Source: Eledone cirrhosa (taxonomy: Eukaryota). Taken from it: a stretch of DNA of 64,000 bases. A program made the translations under genes and the position numbers. Shown piece by piece: positions 14,201 to 27,700 of this stretch; the first letter of the stretch is position 1, and each line of letters begins with the position of its first letter. Under the pieces are notes generated by a model. That model had not been told where the DNA came from, did no database searches, and saw only the letters and a list, made by a program, of their open reading frames with translations. The DNA is taken from NCBI GenBank assembly GCA_964016885.1, contig OZ024746.1:52452001-52516000 (forward strand), read 5' to 3'.

Positions 14201-15400
14201 GATGGTAGTGTTGTTGTTGTTGTTATTGTAGTTAGTGGTTGCTCAGATGGTCGTGTTGTTGTTGTTGTTATTGTAGTTAGTGGTTGCTCAGATGGTCGTG
14301 TTGTTGTTGTTGTTATTGTAGTTAGTGGTTGCTGAGATGGTAGTGTTGTTGTTGTTGTAATTGTAGTTAGTTGTTGCTGAGATGGTGGTGTTGTTGTTGT
14401 TGTTATTGTAGTTAGTGGTTGCTGAGATGGTAGTGTTGTTGTTGTTGTTATTGTAGTTAGTGGTTGCTCAGATGGTCGTGTTGTTGTTGTTGTTATTGTA
14501 GTTAGTGGTTGCTGAGATGGTAGTGTTGTTATTGTTGTTCTTGTAGTTAGTGGTTGCTGAGATGGTAGTGTTGTTGTTATTGTTATTGTAGTTAGAGGTT
14601 CCTGAGATGGTCGTGTTGTTGTTGTTGTTGTTATTGTAGTTAGTGGTTGCTGTGATGTTAGTGTTGTTGTTGTTATTGTAGTTAGTGGTTGCTGTGATGG
14701 TAGTTTTGTTGTTGTTATTGTAGTTAGTGGTTGCTGTGATGGTAGTTTTGTTGTTGTTATTATAGTTAGTGGTTGCTGTGATGGTAGTGTTGTTGTTGTT
14801 ATTTTAGTTAGTGGTTGCTGTGGTGGTAGTGTTGTTGTTGTTATTATAGTTAGTGGTTGCTGTGATGGTAGTGTTGTTGTTGTTATTGTAGTTAGTGGTT
14901 GCTGTGATGGTAGTGTTGTTGTTATTGTAGTTAGTAGTTGCTGAGATGATAGTGTTGTTGTTGTTATTGTAGTTAGTGGTTGCTGTGATGGTAGTTTTGT
15001 TGTTGTTGTTATTGTAGTTAGAGGTTGCTGTGATGGTAGTGTTGTTGTTGTTATTGTAGTTAGTGGTTGCTGTGATGCTAGTGTTGTTGTTGTTGTTGGT
15101 ATTGTAGTTAGAGGTTGCTGTGATGGTAGTGTTGTTGTTGTTATTGTAGTTAGTGGTTGCTGTGATGGTAGTGTTGTTGTTGTTGTTATTGTAGTTAGTG
15201 GTTGTTGTGATGGTAGTGTTGTTCTTATTCTTGTTAGTGGTTGCTGTGGTGGTAGTGTTGTTGTTGTTATTGTAGTTAGTGGTTGCTGTGATGGTAGTGT
15301 TCTTGTTGTTATTGTAGTTAGTGGTTGCTGTGATGGTAGTGTTGTTGTTGTTGTTATTGTAGTTAGTGGTTGTTGTGATGGTAGTGTTGTTGTTATTCTT
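1..15400. repeat. Domain A: most heterogeneous sub-array, with a ~4.3-4.4 kb higher-order repeat and rearranged partial copies
   Basis: Private variants: CTCAGATGGTCG, GGTTCCTGAG, GGATGCCGTG (about 2570, 6865, 9880, 11820, 12158), GGGTGAAGTG, ATTGTTATT 48-mers and long GTT tracts. Marker TTGATAAG lies at 535 and 4921 (offset 4386); twin ORFs start at 1118 and 5501 (offset 4383). Confidence 0.85.
701..736. repeat. (GTT)12 microsatellite expansion inside a unit; an ~11-unit copy lies near 5087-5119
   Basis: Direct count. Other long tracts are near 860-890, 3460-3493, 5240-5272, 7750-7790, 10890-10933 and 13065-13105. Confidence 0.85.
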
Positions 15401-15799
15401 GTTAGTGGTTGCTGTGATGGTTGTGTTGTTATTGTTGTTGAAATTAGTGGTTGCTGTGATGGTAGTGTTGTTGTTGTTGTTGTTCTTGTTAGTGGTTGCT
15501 GTGTTGGTAGTGTTGTTGTTGTTATTTTAGTTAGTGGTTGCTGTGATGGTAGTGTTGTTGTTGTTGTTATTGTAGTTAGAGCTTGCTCTGATGGTAGTGT
15601 TGTTGTTGTTGTTATTGTAGTTAGAGGTGGCTGAGATGGTAGTGTTGTTGTTGTTATTGTAGTTAGTGGTTGCTGTTATGGTAGTGTTGTTGTTGTTATT
15701 GTAGCTAGTGGTTGCTGTGATGGTAGTGTTGTTGTTGTTATTGTAGTTAGTGGTTGCTGTGATGGTAGTGTTGTTGTTGTTATTGTAGTTAGTGGTTGC

Positions 15800-18700
15800 T
15801 GTGATGGTAGTGTTGTTGTTGTTGTTATTGTAGTTAGTGGTTGCTATGATGGTAGTCTTGTTGTTGTTATTGTAGCTAGTGGTTGCTGTGATGGTAGTGT
15901 TGTTGTTGTTATTGTAGTTAGTGGTTGCTGTGATGGTAGTGTTGTTGTTGTTATTGTAGTTAGTGGTTGCTGTGATGGTAGTGTTGTTGTTATTATTGTA
16001 GTTAGTGGTTGCTATGATGGTAGTGTTGTTGTTGTTGTTGTAGTTAGAGATTGGTGAGATGGTAGTGTTGTTGTTGTTATTGTAGTTAGAGATTGCTGAG
16101 ATGGGTGTGTTGTTGTTGTTATTGTAGTTAGTGGTGGGTGTGATGGTAGTGTTGTTGTTGTTATTGTAGTTAGTGGTTGCTGTGATGGTAGTGTTGTTGT
16201 GGTTATTGTAGTTAGAGATTGCTGAGATGGTAGTGTTGTTGTTGTTATTGTAGTTAGAGATTGCTGAGATGGTAGTGTCGTTGTTGTTATTGTAGTTAGA
16301 GATTGCTGTGATGGTAGTGTTGTTGTTGTTATTGTAGTTAGTGGTTGATGAGATGGTAGTGTTGTTGTTGTTGTTATTGTAGTCAGTGGGTGCTGAGATG
16401 GTAGTGTTGTTGTTGTTGTAGTTAGTGGTTGCGGTGATGGTAGTGTTGTTGTTGTTGTAGTTAGTGGTTGCTGAGATGGTAGTGTTGTTGTTGTTGTAGT
16501 TAGTGGTTGCTGAGATGGTAGTGTTGTTGTTGTTGTTATTGTAGTTAGTGGTTGCTGTGATGGTAGTGTTGTTGTTGTTGTAGTCAGTGGTTGCGGTGAT
16601 GGTAGTGTTGTTGTTGTTGTACTTAGTGGTTGCTGAGATGGTAGTGTTGTTGTTGTTGTTATTGTAGTTAGTGGTTGCTGTGATGGTAGTGTTGTTGTTG
16701 TTGTAGTTAGTGGTTGCGGTGATGGTAGTGTTGTTGTTGTTGTAGTTAGTGGTTGCTGAGATGGTAGTGTTGTTGTTGTTGTTATTGTAGTTAGTGGTTG
16801 CTGTGATGGTAGTGTTGTTGTTGTTGTAGTTAGTGGTTGCGGTGATGGTAGTGTTGTTGTTGTTGTAGTTAGTGGTTGCTGAGATGGTAGTGTTGTTGTT
16901 GTTGTAGTTAGTGGTTGCGGTGATGGTAGTGTTGTTGTTGTTATTGTAGTTAGTGGTTGCTGAGATGGTAGTGTTGTTGTTGTTATTGTATTTAGTGGTT
17001 GCTGAGATGGTAGTGTTGTTGTTGTTATTGTAGTTAGTGGTTGCTGAGATGGTAGTGTTGTTGTTGTTGTAGTTAGTGGTTGCTGAGATGATAGTGTTGT
17101 TGTTGTTATTGTAGTTAGTGGTTGCTGAGATGGTAGTGTTGTTGTTGTTGTAGTTAGTGGTTGCTGAGATGGTAGTGTTGTTGTTGTTGTAGTTAGTGGT
17201 TGCTGAGATGGTAGTGTTGTTGTTATTGTAGTTAGTGGTTGCTGAGATGGTAGTGTTGTTGTTGTTATTGTAGTTAGTGGTTGCTGAGATGGTAGTGTTG
17301 TTGTTGTTGTAGTTAGTGGTTGATGAGATGGTAGTGTTGTTGTTGTTATTGTAGCTAGTGGTTGCTATGATGGTAGAGATGTTGTTGTTGTTGTAGTTAG
17401 TGGTTGCTGTGATGGTAGTGTTGTTGTTGTTATTGTAGCTAGTGGTTGCTGTGATGGTAGTGTTGTTGTTGTTATTGTAGTTAGTGGTTGCTATGATGGT
17501 AGTGTTGTTGTTGTTATTGTAGCTAGGGGTTGCTGTGTTGGTAGTGTTGTTGTTGTTATTGTAGTTAGTGGTTGCTATGATGGTAGTGTTGTTGTTGTTA
17601 TTGTAGCTAGTGGTTGCTGTGATGGTAGTGTTGTTGTTGTTATTGTAGCTAGTGGTTGGTATGATGGTAGTGTTGTTGTTGTTGTTGTAGTTAGTGGTTG
17701 CTGAGATGGTAGTGTTGTTGTTGTTATTGTAGCTAGTGGTTGCTATGATGGTAGAGATGTTGTTGTTGTTGTAGTTAGTGGTTGCTGTGATGGTAGTGTT
17801 GTTGTTGTTATTGTAGCTAGTGGTTGCTGTGATGGTAGTGTTGTTGTTGTTATTGTAGTTAGTGGTTGCTATGATGGTAGTGTTGTTGTTGTTATTGTAG
17901 CTAGGGGTTGCTGTGTTGGTAGTGTTGTTGTTGTTATTGTAGTTAGTGGTTGCTATGATGGTAGTGTTGTTGTTGTTATTGTAGCTAGTGGTTGCTGTGA
18001 TGGTAGTGTTGTTGTTGTTATTGTAGTTAGTGGTTGCTATGATGGTAGTGTTGTTGTTATTATTGTAGTTAGTGGTTGCTCTGATGGTAGTGTTGTTGTT
18101 GTTATTGTAGCTAGTGGTTGCTGAGATGGTAGTGTTGTTGTTGTTGTTATTGTAGTTAGAGGTTGCTCTGATGGTAGTTTTGTTGTTGTTGTTATTGTAG
18201 TTAGATGCTGCTGAGATGGTAGTGTTGTTGTTGTTGTTATTGTAGTTAGTGGTTGCTGTTATGGTAGTGTTGTTGTTGTTATTGTCGTTAGTGGTTGCTG
18301 TGATGGTAGTGTTGTTGTTGTTATTGTAGTTAGTGGTTGCTGTGATGGTAGTGTTGTTGTTGTTATTGTAGTTAGAGATTGCTGAGATGGTAGTGTTGTT
18401 GTTGTTATTGTAGTTAGTGGTTGCTATGATGGTAGTGTTGTTGTTATTGTAGCTAGTGGTTGCTGTGATGGTAGTGTTGTTGTTGTTGTTGTAGTCAGTG
18501 GGTGCTGATAGGGTAGTGTTGTTGTTGTTATTGTAGTTAGTGGTTGATGAGATGGTAGTGTTGTTGTTGTTATTGTAGCTAGTGGTTGCTGAGATGGTAG
18601 TGTTGTTGTTGTTATTGTAGTTAGTGGTTGCTGTGATGGTAGTGTTGTTGTTGTTATTGTAGCTAGTGGTTGCTGTGATGGTAGTGTTGTTGTTGTTATT

Positions 18701-21700
18701 GAAGTTAGTGGTTGCTATGATGGTAGTGTTGTTGTTGTTGTTGTAGCTAGTGGTTGCTGTGATGGTAGTGTTGTTGTTGTTATTGTAGTTAGTGGTTGCA
18801 ATGATGGTAGTGTTGTTGTTGTTATTGTAGCTAGTGGTTGCTGTGATGGTAGTGTTGTTGTTGTTATTGTAGCTAGTGGTTGCTGTGATGGTAATTTTGT
18901 TGTTGTTATTGTAGTTAGTGGTTGCTATGATGGTAGTGTTGTTGTTGTTATTATAGCTAGTGGTTGCTGTGATGGTAATTTTGTTGTTGTTATTGTAGTT
19001 AGTGGTTGCTATGATGGTAGTGTTGTTGTTGTTATTGTAGCTAGTGGTTGCACTGATGGTAGTGTTGTTGTTGTTATTGTAGTTAGTGGTTGCTATGATG
19101 GTAGTGTTGTTGTTGTTATTGTAGTTACTGGTTGCTATGATGGTAGTGTTGTTGTTGTTATTGTAGTTAGTGGTTGCTATGATGGTAGTGTTGTTGTTGT
19201 TATTGTAGCTAGTGGTTCCTGTGATGGTAGTGTTGTTGTTGTTATTGTAGTTAGTGGTTGCTATGATGGTAGTGTTGTTGTTGTTATTGTAGCTAGTGGT
19301 TGCTATGATGGTAGTGTTGTTGTTGTTATTGTAGTTAGTGGTTGTTGTGATGGTAGTGTTGTTGTTGTTATTGTAGCTAGTGGTTGCTGTGATGGTAGTG
19401 TTGTTGTTGTTATTGTAGTTAGTGGTTGCTGTGATGGTAGTGTTGTTGTTGTTATTGTAGTTAGTGGTTGCTGTGATGGTAGTGTTGTTGTTTTTATTGA
19501 AGTTAGTGGTTGCTGTGATGGTAGTGTTGTTGTTGTTATTTTAGTTAGTGGTTGCTGTGATGGTAGTGTTGTTGTTGTTATTCTAGTTAGTGGTTGCTGT
19601 GATGGTAGTGTTGTTGTTTGTATTGTAGTTAGAGGTTACTGTGATGGTAGTGTTGTTGTTGTTATTTTAGTTAGTGGTTGCTGAGATGGTAGTGTTTTTG
19701 TTGTTATTGTAGTTAGTGGTTGCTGTGATGGTAGTGTTGTTGTTTGTATTGTAGTCAGAGGTTGCTGAGATGGTAGTGTTATTGTTGTTATTGTAGTTAG
19801 TGGTTGGTGAGATGGTAGTGTTGTTGTTGTTGTTATTGTAGTTAGAGGTTGCTGTGATGGTAGTGTTGTTGTTGTTATTGTAGTTAGTGGTTGCTGTGAT
19901 GGTAGTGTTGTTGTTGTTATTGTAGTTAGAGGTTGCTGAGATGGTAGTGTTATTGTTGTTATTGTAGTTAGTGGTTGCTGAGATGGTAGTGTTGTTGTTG
20001 TTGTTATTGTAGTTAGAGGTTGCTGTGATGGTAGTGTTGTTGTTGTTATTGTAGTTAGTGGTTGCTGAGATGGTAGTGTTGTTGTTGTTATTGTAGTTAG
20101 TGGTTGCTGAGATGGTAGTGTTGTTGTTGTTGTTATTGTAGTTAGAGGTTGCTGAGATGGTAGTGTTATTGTTGTTATTGTAGTTAGAGGTTGCTGAGAT
20201 GGTAGTGTTATTGTTGTTATTGTAGTTAGTGGTTGCTGAGATGGTAGTGTTGTTGTTGTTGTTATTGTACTTAGAGGTTGCTGAGATGGTAGTGTTGTTC
20301 TTGTTATTGTAGTTAGAGATTGCTGAGATGGTAGTGTTGTTCTTGTTATTGTAGTTAGAGATTGCTGAGATGGTAGTGTTGTTCTTGTTATTGTAGTTAG
20401 AGATTGCTGTGATGGTAGTGTTGTTCTTGTTATTATAGTTAGAGATTGCTGTGATGGTAGTGTTGTTGTTGTTATTGTAGTCAGTGGGTGCTGATAGGGT
20501 AGTGTTGTTGTTGTTACTGTAGTTAGTGGTTGCTGAGATGGTAGTGTTGTTGTTGTTGTTATTGTAGTTAGTGGTTGCTGTGATGCTAGTGTTGTTGTTG
20601 TAGTTAGTGGTTACTGAGATGATAGTGTTGTTGTTGTAGTTAGTGGTTGCTGAGATGATAGTGTTGTTGTTGTTGTAGTTAGCGGTTGCTGAGATGGTAG
20701 TGTTGTTGTTGTTATTGTAGTTAGTGGTTGCTGAGATGGTAGTGTTGTTGTTGTTATTGTAGTTAGTGGTTGCTGAGATGGTAGTGTTGTTGTTGTTGTA
20801 GTTAGTGGTTGCTGAGATGGTAGTGTTGTTGTTGTTGTAGTTAGTGGTTGCTGAGATGGTAGTGTTGTTGTTGTTGTAGTTAGTGGTTGCTGAGATGGTA
20901 GTGTTGTTGTTGTTGTAGTTAGTGGTTGCTGAGATGGTAGTGTTGTTGTTGTTGTAGTTAGTGGTTGCTGAGATGGTAGTGTTGTTGTTGTTGTAGTTAG
21001 TGGTTGCTGTGATGTTAGTGTTGTTGTTGTTGTTGTAGTTAGTGGTTGCTATGATGGTAGTGTTGTTGTTGTTATTGTAGTTAGTGGTTGTTATGATGGT
21101 AGTGTTGTTGTTGTTATTGTAGTTAGTGGTTGCTATGATGGTAGTGTTGTTGTTGTTATTGTAGCTAGTGGTTGCTGTGTTGGTAGTGTTGTTGTTGTTA
21201 TTGTAGTTAGTGGTTGCTATGATGGTAGTGTTGTTGTTGTTATTGTAGCTAGTGGTTGCTGAGATGGTAGTGTTGTTGTTGTTGTAGTTAGTGGTTGATG
21301 AGATGGTATGTTGTTGTTGTAGTTAGTGGTTGCTGAGATGGTAGTGTTGTTGTTGTTATTGTAGCTAGTGGTTGCTGTGATGGTATTGTTGTTGTTGTTA
21401 TTCTAGTTAGTGGTTGCTGTGATGTTAGTGTTGTTGTTGTTGTTGTAGTTAGTGGTTGCTGTGATGGTAGTGTTGTTGTTGTTATTGTAGTTAGTGGTTG
21501 CTATGATGGTAGTGTTGTTGTTGTTATTGTAGTTAGTGGTTGTTATGATGGTAGTGTTGTTGTTGTTATTGTAGCTAGTGGTTGCTGTGATGGTAGTGTT
21601 GTTGTTGTTATTGTAGTTAGTGGTTGCTATGATGGTAGTGTTGTTGTTGTTATTGTAGCTAGTGGTTGCTGTGATGGTAGTGTTGTTGTTGTTATTGTAG

Positions 21701-24700
21701 TTAGTGGTTGCTATGATGGTAGTGTTGTTGTTATTATTGTAGTTAGTGGTTGCTATGATGGTAGTGTTGTTGTTGTTATTGTAGCTAGTGGTTGCTGTGA
21801 TGGTAGTGTTGTTGTTGTTATTGTAGTTAGTGGTTGCTGTGATGGTAGTGTTGTTGTTGTTATTGTAGTTAGTGGTTGTTATGATGGTAGTGTTGTTGTT
21901 GTTATTGTAGCTAGTGGTTGCTGTGATGGTAGTGTTGTTGTTGTTATTGTAGTTAGTGGTTGCTATGATGGTAGTGTTGTTGTTGTTATTGTAGCTAGTG
22001 GTTGCTGTGTTGGTAGTGTTGTTGTTGTTATTGTAGTTAGTGGTTGCTATGATGGTAGTGTTGTTGTTGTTATTGTAGCTAGTGGTTGCTGTGATGTTAG
22101 TGTTGTTGTTGTTATTGTAGTTAGTGGTTGCTATGATGGTAGTGTTGTTGTTATTATTGTAGTTAGTGGTTGCTATGATGGTAGTGTTGTTGTTGTTATT
22201 GTAGTTAGTGGTTGTTATGATGGTAGTGTTGTTGTTGTTATTGTAGTTAGTGGTTGCTAAGATGGTAGTGTTGTTGTTGTTATTGTAGCTAGTGGTTGCT
22301 GTGTTGGTAGTGTTGTTGTTGTTATTGTAGTTAGTGGTTGCTATGATGGTAGTGTTGTTGTTGTTATTGTAGCTAGTGGTTGCTGAGATGGTAGTGTTGT
22401 TGTTGTTGTAGTTAGTGGTTGCTGAGATGATAGTGTTGTTGTTGTTGTAGTTAGTGGTTGATGAGATGGTAGTGTTGTTGTTGTAGTTAGTGGTTGCTGA
22501 GATGGTAGTGTTGTTGTTGTTATTGTAGCTAGTGGTTGCTGTGATGGTAGAGTTGTTGTTGTTATTGTAGTTAGTGGTTGCTGTGATGTTAGTGTTGTTG
22601 TTGTTGTTGTAGTTAGTGGTTGCTGTGATGGTAGTGTTGTTGTTGTTATTGTAGTTAGTGGTTGCTATGATGGTAGTGTTGTTGTTGTTATTGTAGTTAG
22701 TGGTTGTTATGATGGTAGTGTTGTTGTTGTTATTGTAGCTAGTGGTTGCTGTGATGGTAGTGTTGTTGTTGTTATTGTAGTTAGTGGTTGCTATGATGGT
22801 AGTGTTGTTGTTGTTATTGTAGCTAGTGGTTGCTGTGTTGGTAGTGTTGTTGTTGTTATTGTAGTTAGTGGTTGCTATGATGGTAGTGTTGTTCTTGTTA
22901 TTGTAGCTAGTGGTTTCTGTGATGGTAGTGTTGTTGTTGTTATTGTAGTTAGTGGTTGCTATGATGGTAGTGTTGTTGTTATTATTGTAGTTAGTGGTTG
23001 CTATGATGGTAGTGTTGTTGTTGTTATTGTAGCTAGTGGTTGCTGTGATGGTAGTGTTGTTGTTGTTATTGTAGTTAGTGTTTGCTGTGATGGTAGTGCT
23101 GTTGTTGTTATTGTAGTTAGTGGTTGTTATGATGGTAGTGTTGTTGTTGTTATTGTAGCTAGTGGTTGCTGTGATGGTAGTGTTGTTGTTGTTATTGTAG
23201 TTAGTGGTTGCTATGATGGTAGTGTTGTTGTTGTTATTGTAGCTAGTGGTTGCTGTGTTGGTAGTGTTGTTGTTGTTATTGTAGTTAGTGGTTGCTATGA
23301 TGGTAGTGTTGTTGTTGTTATTGTAGCTAGTGGTTGCTGTGATGTTAGTGTTGTTGTTGTTATTGTAGTTAGTGGTTGCTATGATGGTAGTGTTGTTGTT
23401 ATTATTGTAGTTAGTGGTTGCTATGATGGTAGTGTTGTTGTTGTTATTGTAGCTAGTGGTTGCTGAGATGGTAGTGTTGTTGTTGTTGTTATTGTAGTTA
23501 GTGGTTTCTGTGATGGTAGTGTTGTTGTTGTTGTTATTGTAGTTAGTGGTTGCTGTGATGGTATTGTTGTTGTTGTTATTCTAGTTAGTGGTTGCTGTGA
23601 TGGTAGTGTTGTTGTTGTTGTTATTGTAGTTAGAGGTTGCTGAGATGGTAGTGTTGTTGTTGTTGTTATTGTAGTTAGTGGTTGCTATGATGGTAGTGTT
23701 ATTGTTGTTATTGTAGTTAGTGGTTGCTGAGATGGTAGTGTTGTTGTTGTTATTGTAGTTAGTGGTTGCTGAGATGGTAGTGTTGTTGTTGCTGTTATTG
23801 TAGTTAGTGGTTGCTGTGATGGTAGTGTTGTTGTTGTAGTTAGTGGTTACTGAGATGATAGTGTTGTTGTTGTTGTAGTTAGTGGTTGCTGAGATGATAG
23901 TGTTGTTGTTGTTGTAGTTAGCGGTTGCTGAGATGGTAGTGTTGTTGTTGTTATTGTAGTTAGTGGTTGCTGAGATGGTAGTGTTGTTGTTGTTATTGTA
24001 GTTAGTGGTTGCTGAGATGGTAGTGTTGTTGTTGTTATTGTAGTTAGTGGTTGCTGAGATGGTAGTGTTGTTGTTGTTGTAGTTAGTGGTTGCTGAGATG
24101 GTAGTGTTGTTGTTGTTGTAGTTAGTGGTTGCTGAGATGGTAGTGTTGTTGTTGTTGTAGTTAGTGGTTGCTGAGATGGTAGTGTTGTTGTTGTTGTAGT
24201 TAGTGGTTGCTGAGATGGTAGTGCTGTTGTTGTAGTTAGTGGTTGCTGTGATGTTAGTGTTGTTGTTGTTGTTGTAGTTAGTGGTTGCTATGATGGTAGT
24301 GTTGTTGTTGTTATTGTAGTTAGTGGTTGTTATGATGGTAGTGTTGTTGTTGTTATTGTAGTTAGTGGTTGCTATGATGGTAGTGTTGTTGTTGTTATTG
24401 TAGCTAGTGGTTGCTGTGTTGGTAGTGTTGTTGTTGTTATTGTAGTTAGTGGTTGCTATGATGGTAGTGTTGTTGTTGTTATTGTAGCTAGTGGTTGCTG
24501 AGATGGTAGTGTTGTTGTTGTTGTAGTTAGTGGTTGATGAGATGGTATGTTGTTGTTGTAGTTAGTGGTTGCTGAGATGGTAGTGTTGTTGTTGTTATTG
24601 TAGCTAGTGGTTGCTGTGATGGTAGAGTTGTTGTTGTTATTGTAGTTAGTGGTTGCTGTGATGTTACTGTTGTTGTTGTTGTTGTAGTTAGTGGTTGCTG

Positions 24701-27700
24701 TGATGGTAGTGTTGTTGTTGTTATTGTAGTTAGTGGTTGCTATGATGGTAGAGTTGTTGTTGTTATTGTAGTTAGTGGTTGTTATGATGGTAGTGTTGTT
24801 GTTGTTATTGTAGCTAGTGGTTGCTGTGATGGTAGTGTTGTTGTTGTTATTGTAGTTAGTGGTTGCTATGATGGTAGTGTTGTTGTTGTTATTGTAGCTA
24901 GTGGTTGCTGTGATGGTAGTGTTGTTGTTGTTATTGTAGTTAGTGGTTGCTATGATGGTAGTGTTGTTGTTATTATTGTAGTTAGTGGTTGCTATGATGG
25001 TAGTGTTGTTGTTGTTATTGTAGCTAGTGGTTGCTGTGATGGTAGTGTTGTTGTTGTTATTGTAGTTAGTGGTTGCTGTGATGGTAGTGTTGTTGTTGTT
25101 ATTGTAGTTAGTGGTTGTTATGATGGTAGTGTTGTTGTTGTTATTGTAGCTAGTGGTTGCTGTGATGGTAGTGTTGTTGTTGTTATTGTAGTTAGTGGTT
25201 GCTATGATGGTAGTGTTGTTGTTGTTATTGTAGCTAGTGGTTGCTGTGTTGGTAGTGTTGTTGTTGTTATTGTAGTTAGTGGTTGCTATGATGGTAGTGT
25301 TGTTGTTGTTATTGTAGCTAGTGGTTGCTGTGATGTTAGTGTTGTTGTTGTTATTGTAGTTAGTGGTTGCTATGATGGTAGTGTTGTTGTTATTATTGTA
25401 GTTAGTGGTTGCTATGATGGTAGTGTTGTTGTTGTTATTGTAGTTAGTGGTTGTTATGATGGTAGTGTTGTTGTTGTTATTGTAGTTAGTGGCTGCTATG
25501 ATGGTAGTGTTGTTGTTGTTATTGTAGCTAGTGGTTGCTGTGTTGGTAGTGTTGTTGTTGTTATTGTAGTTAGTGGTTGCTATGATGGTAGTGTTGTTGT
25601 TGTTATTGTAGCTAGTGGTTGCTGAGATGGTAGTGTTGTTGTTGTTGTAGTTAGTGGTTGCTGAGATGATAGTGTTGTTGTTGTTGTAGTTAGTGGTTGA
25701 TGAGATGGTAGTGTTGTTGTTGTAGTTAGTGGTTGCTGAGATGGTAGTGTTGTTGTTGTTATTGTAGCTAGTGGTTGCTGTGATGGTAGAGTTGTTGTTG
25801 TTATTGTAGTTAGTGGTTGCTGTGATGTTAGTGTTGTTGTTGTTGTTGTAGTTAGTGGTTGCTGTGATGGTAGTGTTGTTGTTGTTATTGTAGTTAGTGG
25901 TTGCTATGATGGTAGTGTTGTTGTTGTTATTGTAGTTAGTGGTTGTTATGATGGTAGTGTTGTTGTTGTTATTGTAGCTAGTGGTTGCTGTGATGGTAGT
26001 GTTGTTGTTGTTATTGTAGTTAGTGGTTGCTATGATGGTAGTGTTGTTGTTGTTATTGTAGCTAGTGGTTGCTGTGTTGGTAGTGTTGTTGTTGTTATTG
26101 TAGTTAGTGGTTGCTATGATGGTAGTGTTGTTGTTGTTATTGTAGCTAGTGGTTTCTGTGATGGTAGTGTTGTTGTTGTTATTGTAGTTAGTGGTTGCTA
26201 TGATGGTAGTGTTGTTGTTATTATTGTAGTTAGTGGTTGCTATGATGGTAGTGTTGTTGTTGTTATTGTAGCTAGTGGTTGCTGTGATGGTAGTGTTGTT
26301 GTTGTTATTGTAGTTAGTAGTTGCTGTGATGGTAGTGCTGTTGTTGTTATTGTAGTTAGTGGTTGTTATGATGGTAGTGTTGTTGTTGTTATTGTAGCTA
26401 GTGGTTGCTGTGATGGTAGTGTTGTTGTTGTTATTGTAGTTAGTGGTTGCTATGATGGTAGTGTTGTTGTTGTTATTGTAGCTAGTGGTTGCTGTGTTGG
26501 TAGTGTTGTTGTTGTTATTGTAGTTAGTGGTTGCTATGATGGTAGTGTTGTTGTTGTTATTGTAGCTAGTGGTTGCTGTGATGTTAGTGTTGTTGTTGTT
26601 ATTGTAGTTAGTGGTTGCTATGATGGTAGTGTTGTTGTTATTATTGTAGTTAGTGGTTGCTATGATGGTAGTGTTGTTGTTGTTATTGTAGCTAGTGGTT
26701 GCTGAGATGGTAGTGTTGTTGTTGTTGTTATTGTAGTTAGTGGTTTCTGTGATGGTAGTGTTGTTGTTGTTGTTATTGTAGTTAGTGGTTGCTGTGATGG
26801 TATTGTTGTTGTTGTTATTCTAGTTAGTGGTTGCTGTGATGGTAGTGTTGTTGTTGTTGTTATTGTAGTTAGAGGTTGCTGAGATGGTAGTGTTGTTGTT
26901 GTTGTTATTGTAGTTAGTGGTTGCTATGATGGTAGTGTTATTGTTGTTATTGTAGTTAGTGGTTGCTGAGATGGTAGTGTTGTTGTTGTTATTGTAGTTA
27001 GTGGTTGCTGAGATGGTAGTGTTGTTGTTGTTGTTATTGTAGTTAGTGGTTGCTGTGATGGTAGTGTTGTTGTTGTTATTCTAGTTAGTGGTTGCTGTGA
27101 TGGTAGTGTTGTTGTTGTTATTCTAGTTAGTGGTTGCTGTGATGGTAGTGTTGTTGTTGTTATTCTAGTTAGTGGTTGCTGTGATGGTAGTGTTGTTGTT
27201 GTTATTCTAGTTAGTGGTTGCTATGATGGTAGTGTTGTTGTTGTTATTGTAGTTAGTGGTTGTTATGATGGTAGTGTTGTTGTTGTTATTGTAGCTAGTG
27301 GTTGCTGTGATGGTAGTGTTGTTGTTGTTATTGTAGTTAGTGGTTGCTATGATGGTAGTGTTGTTGTTGTTATTGTAGCTAGTGGTTGCTGTGTTGGTAG
27401 TGTTGTTGTTGTTATTGTAGTTAGTGGTTGCTATGATGGTAGTGTTGTTGTTGTTATTGTAGCTAGTGGTTGCTGTGATGGTAGTGTTGTTGTTGTTATT
27501 GTAGTTAGTGGTTGCTATGATGGTAGTGTTGTTGTTATTATTGTAGTTAGTGGTTGCTATGATGGTAGTGTTGTTGTTGTTATTGTAGCTAGTGGTTGCT
27601 GTGATGGTAGTGTTGTTGTTGTTATTGTAGTTAGTGGTTGCTGTGATGGTAGTGTTGTTGTTGTTATTGTAGTTAGTGGTTGTTATGATGGTAGTGTTGT

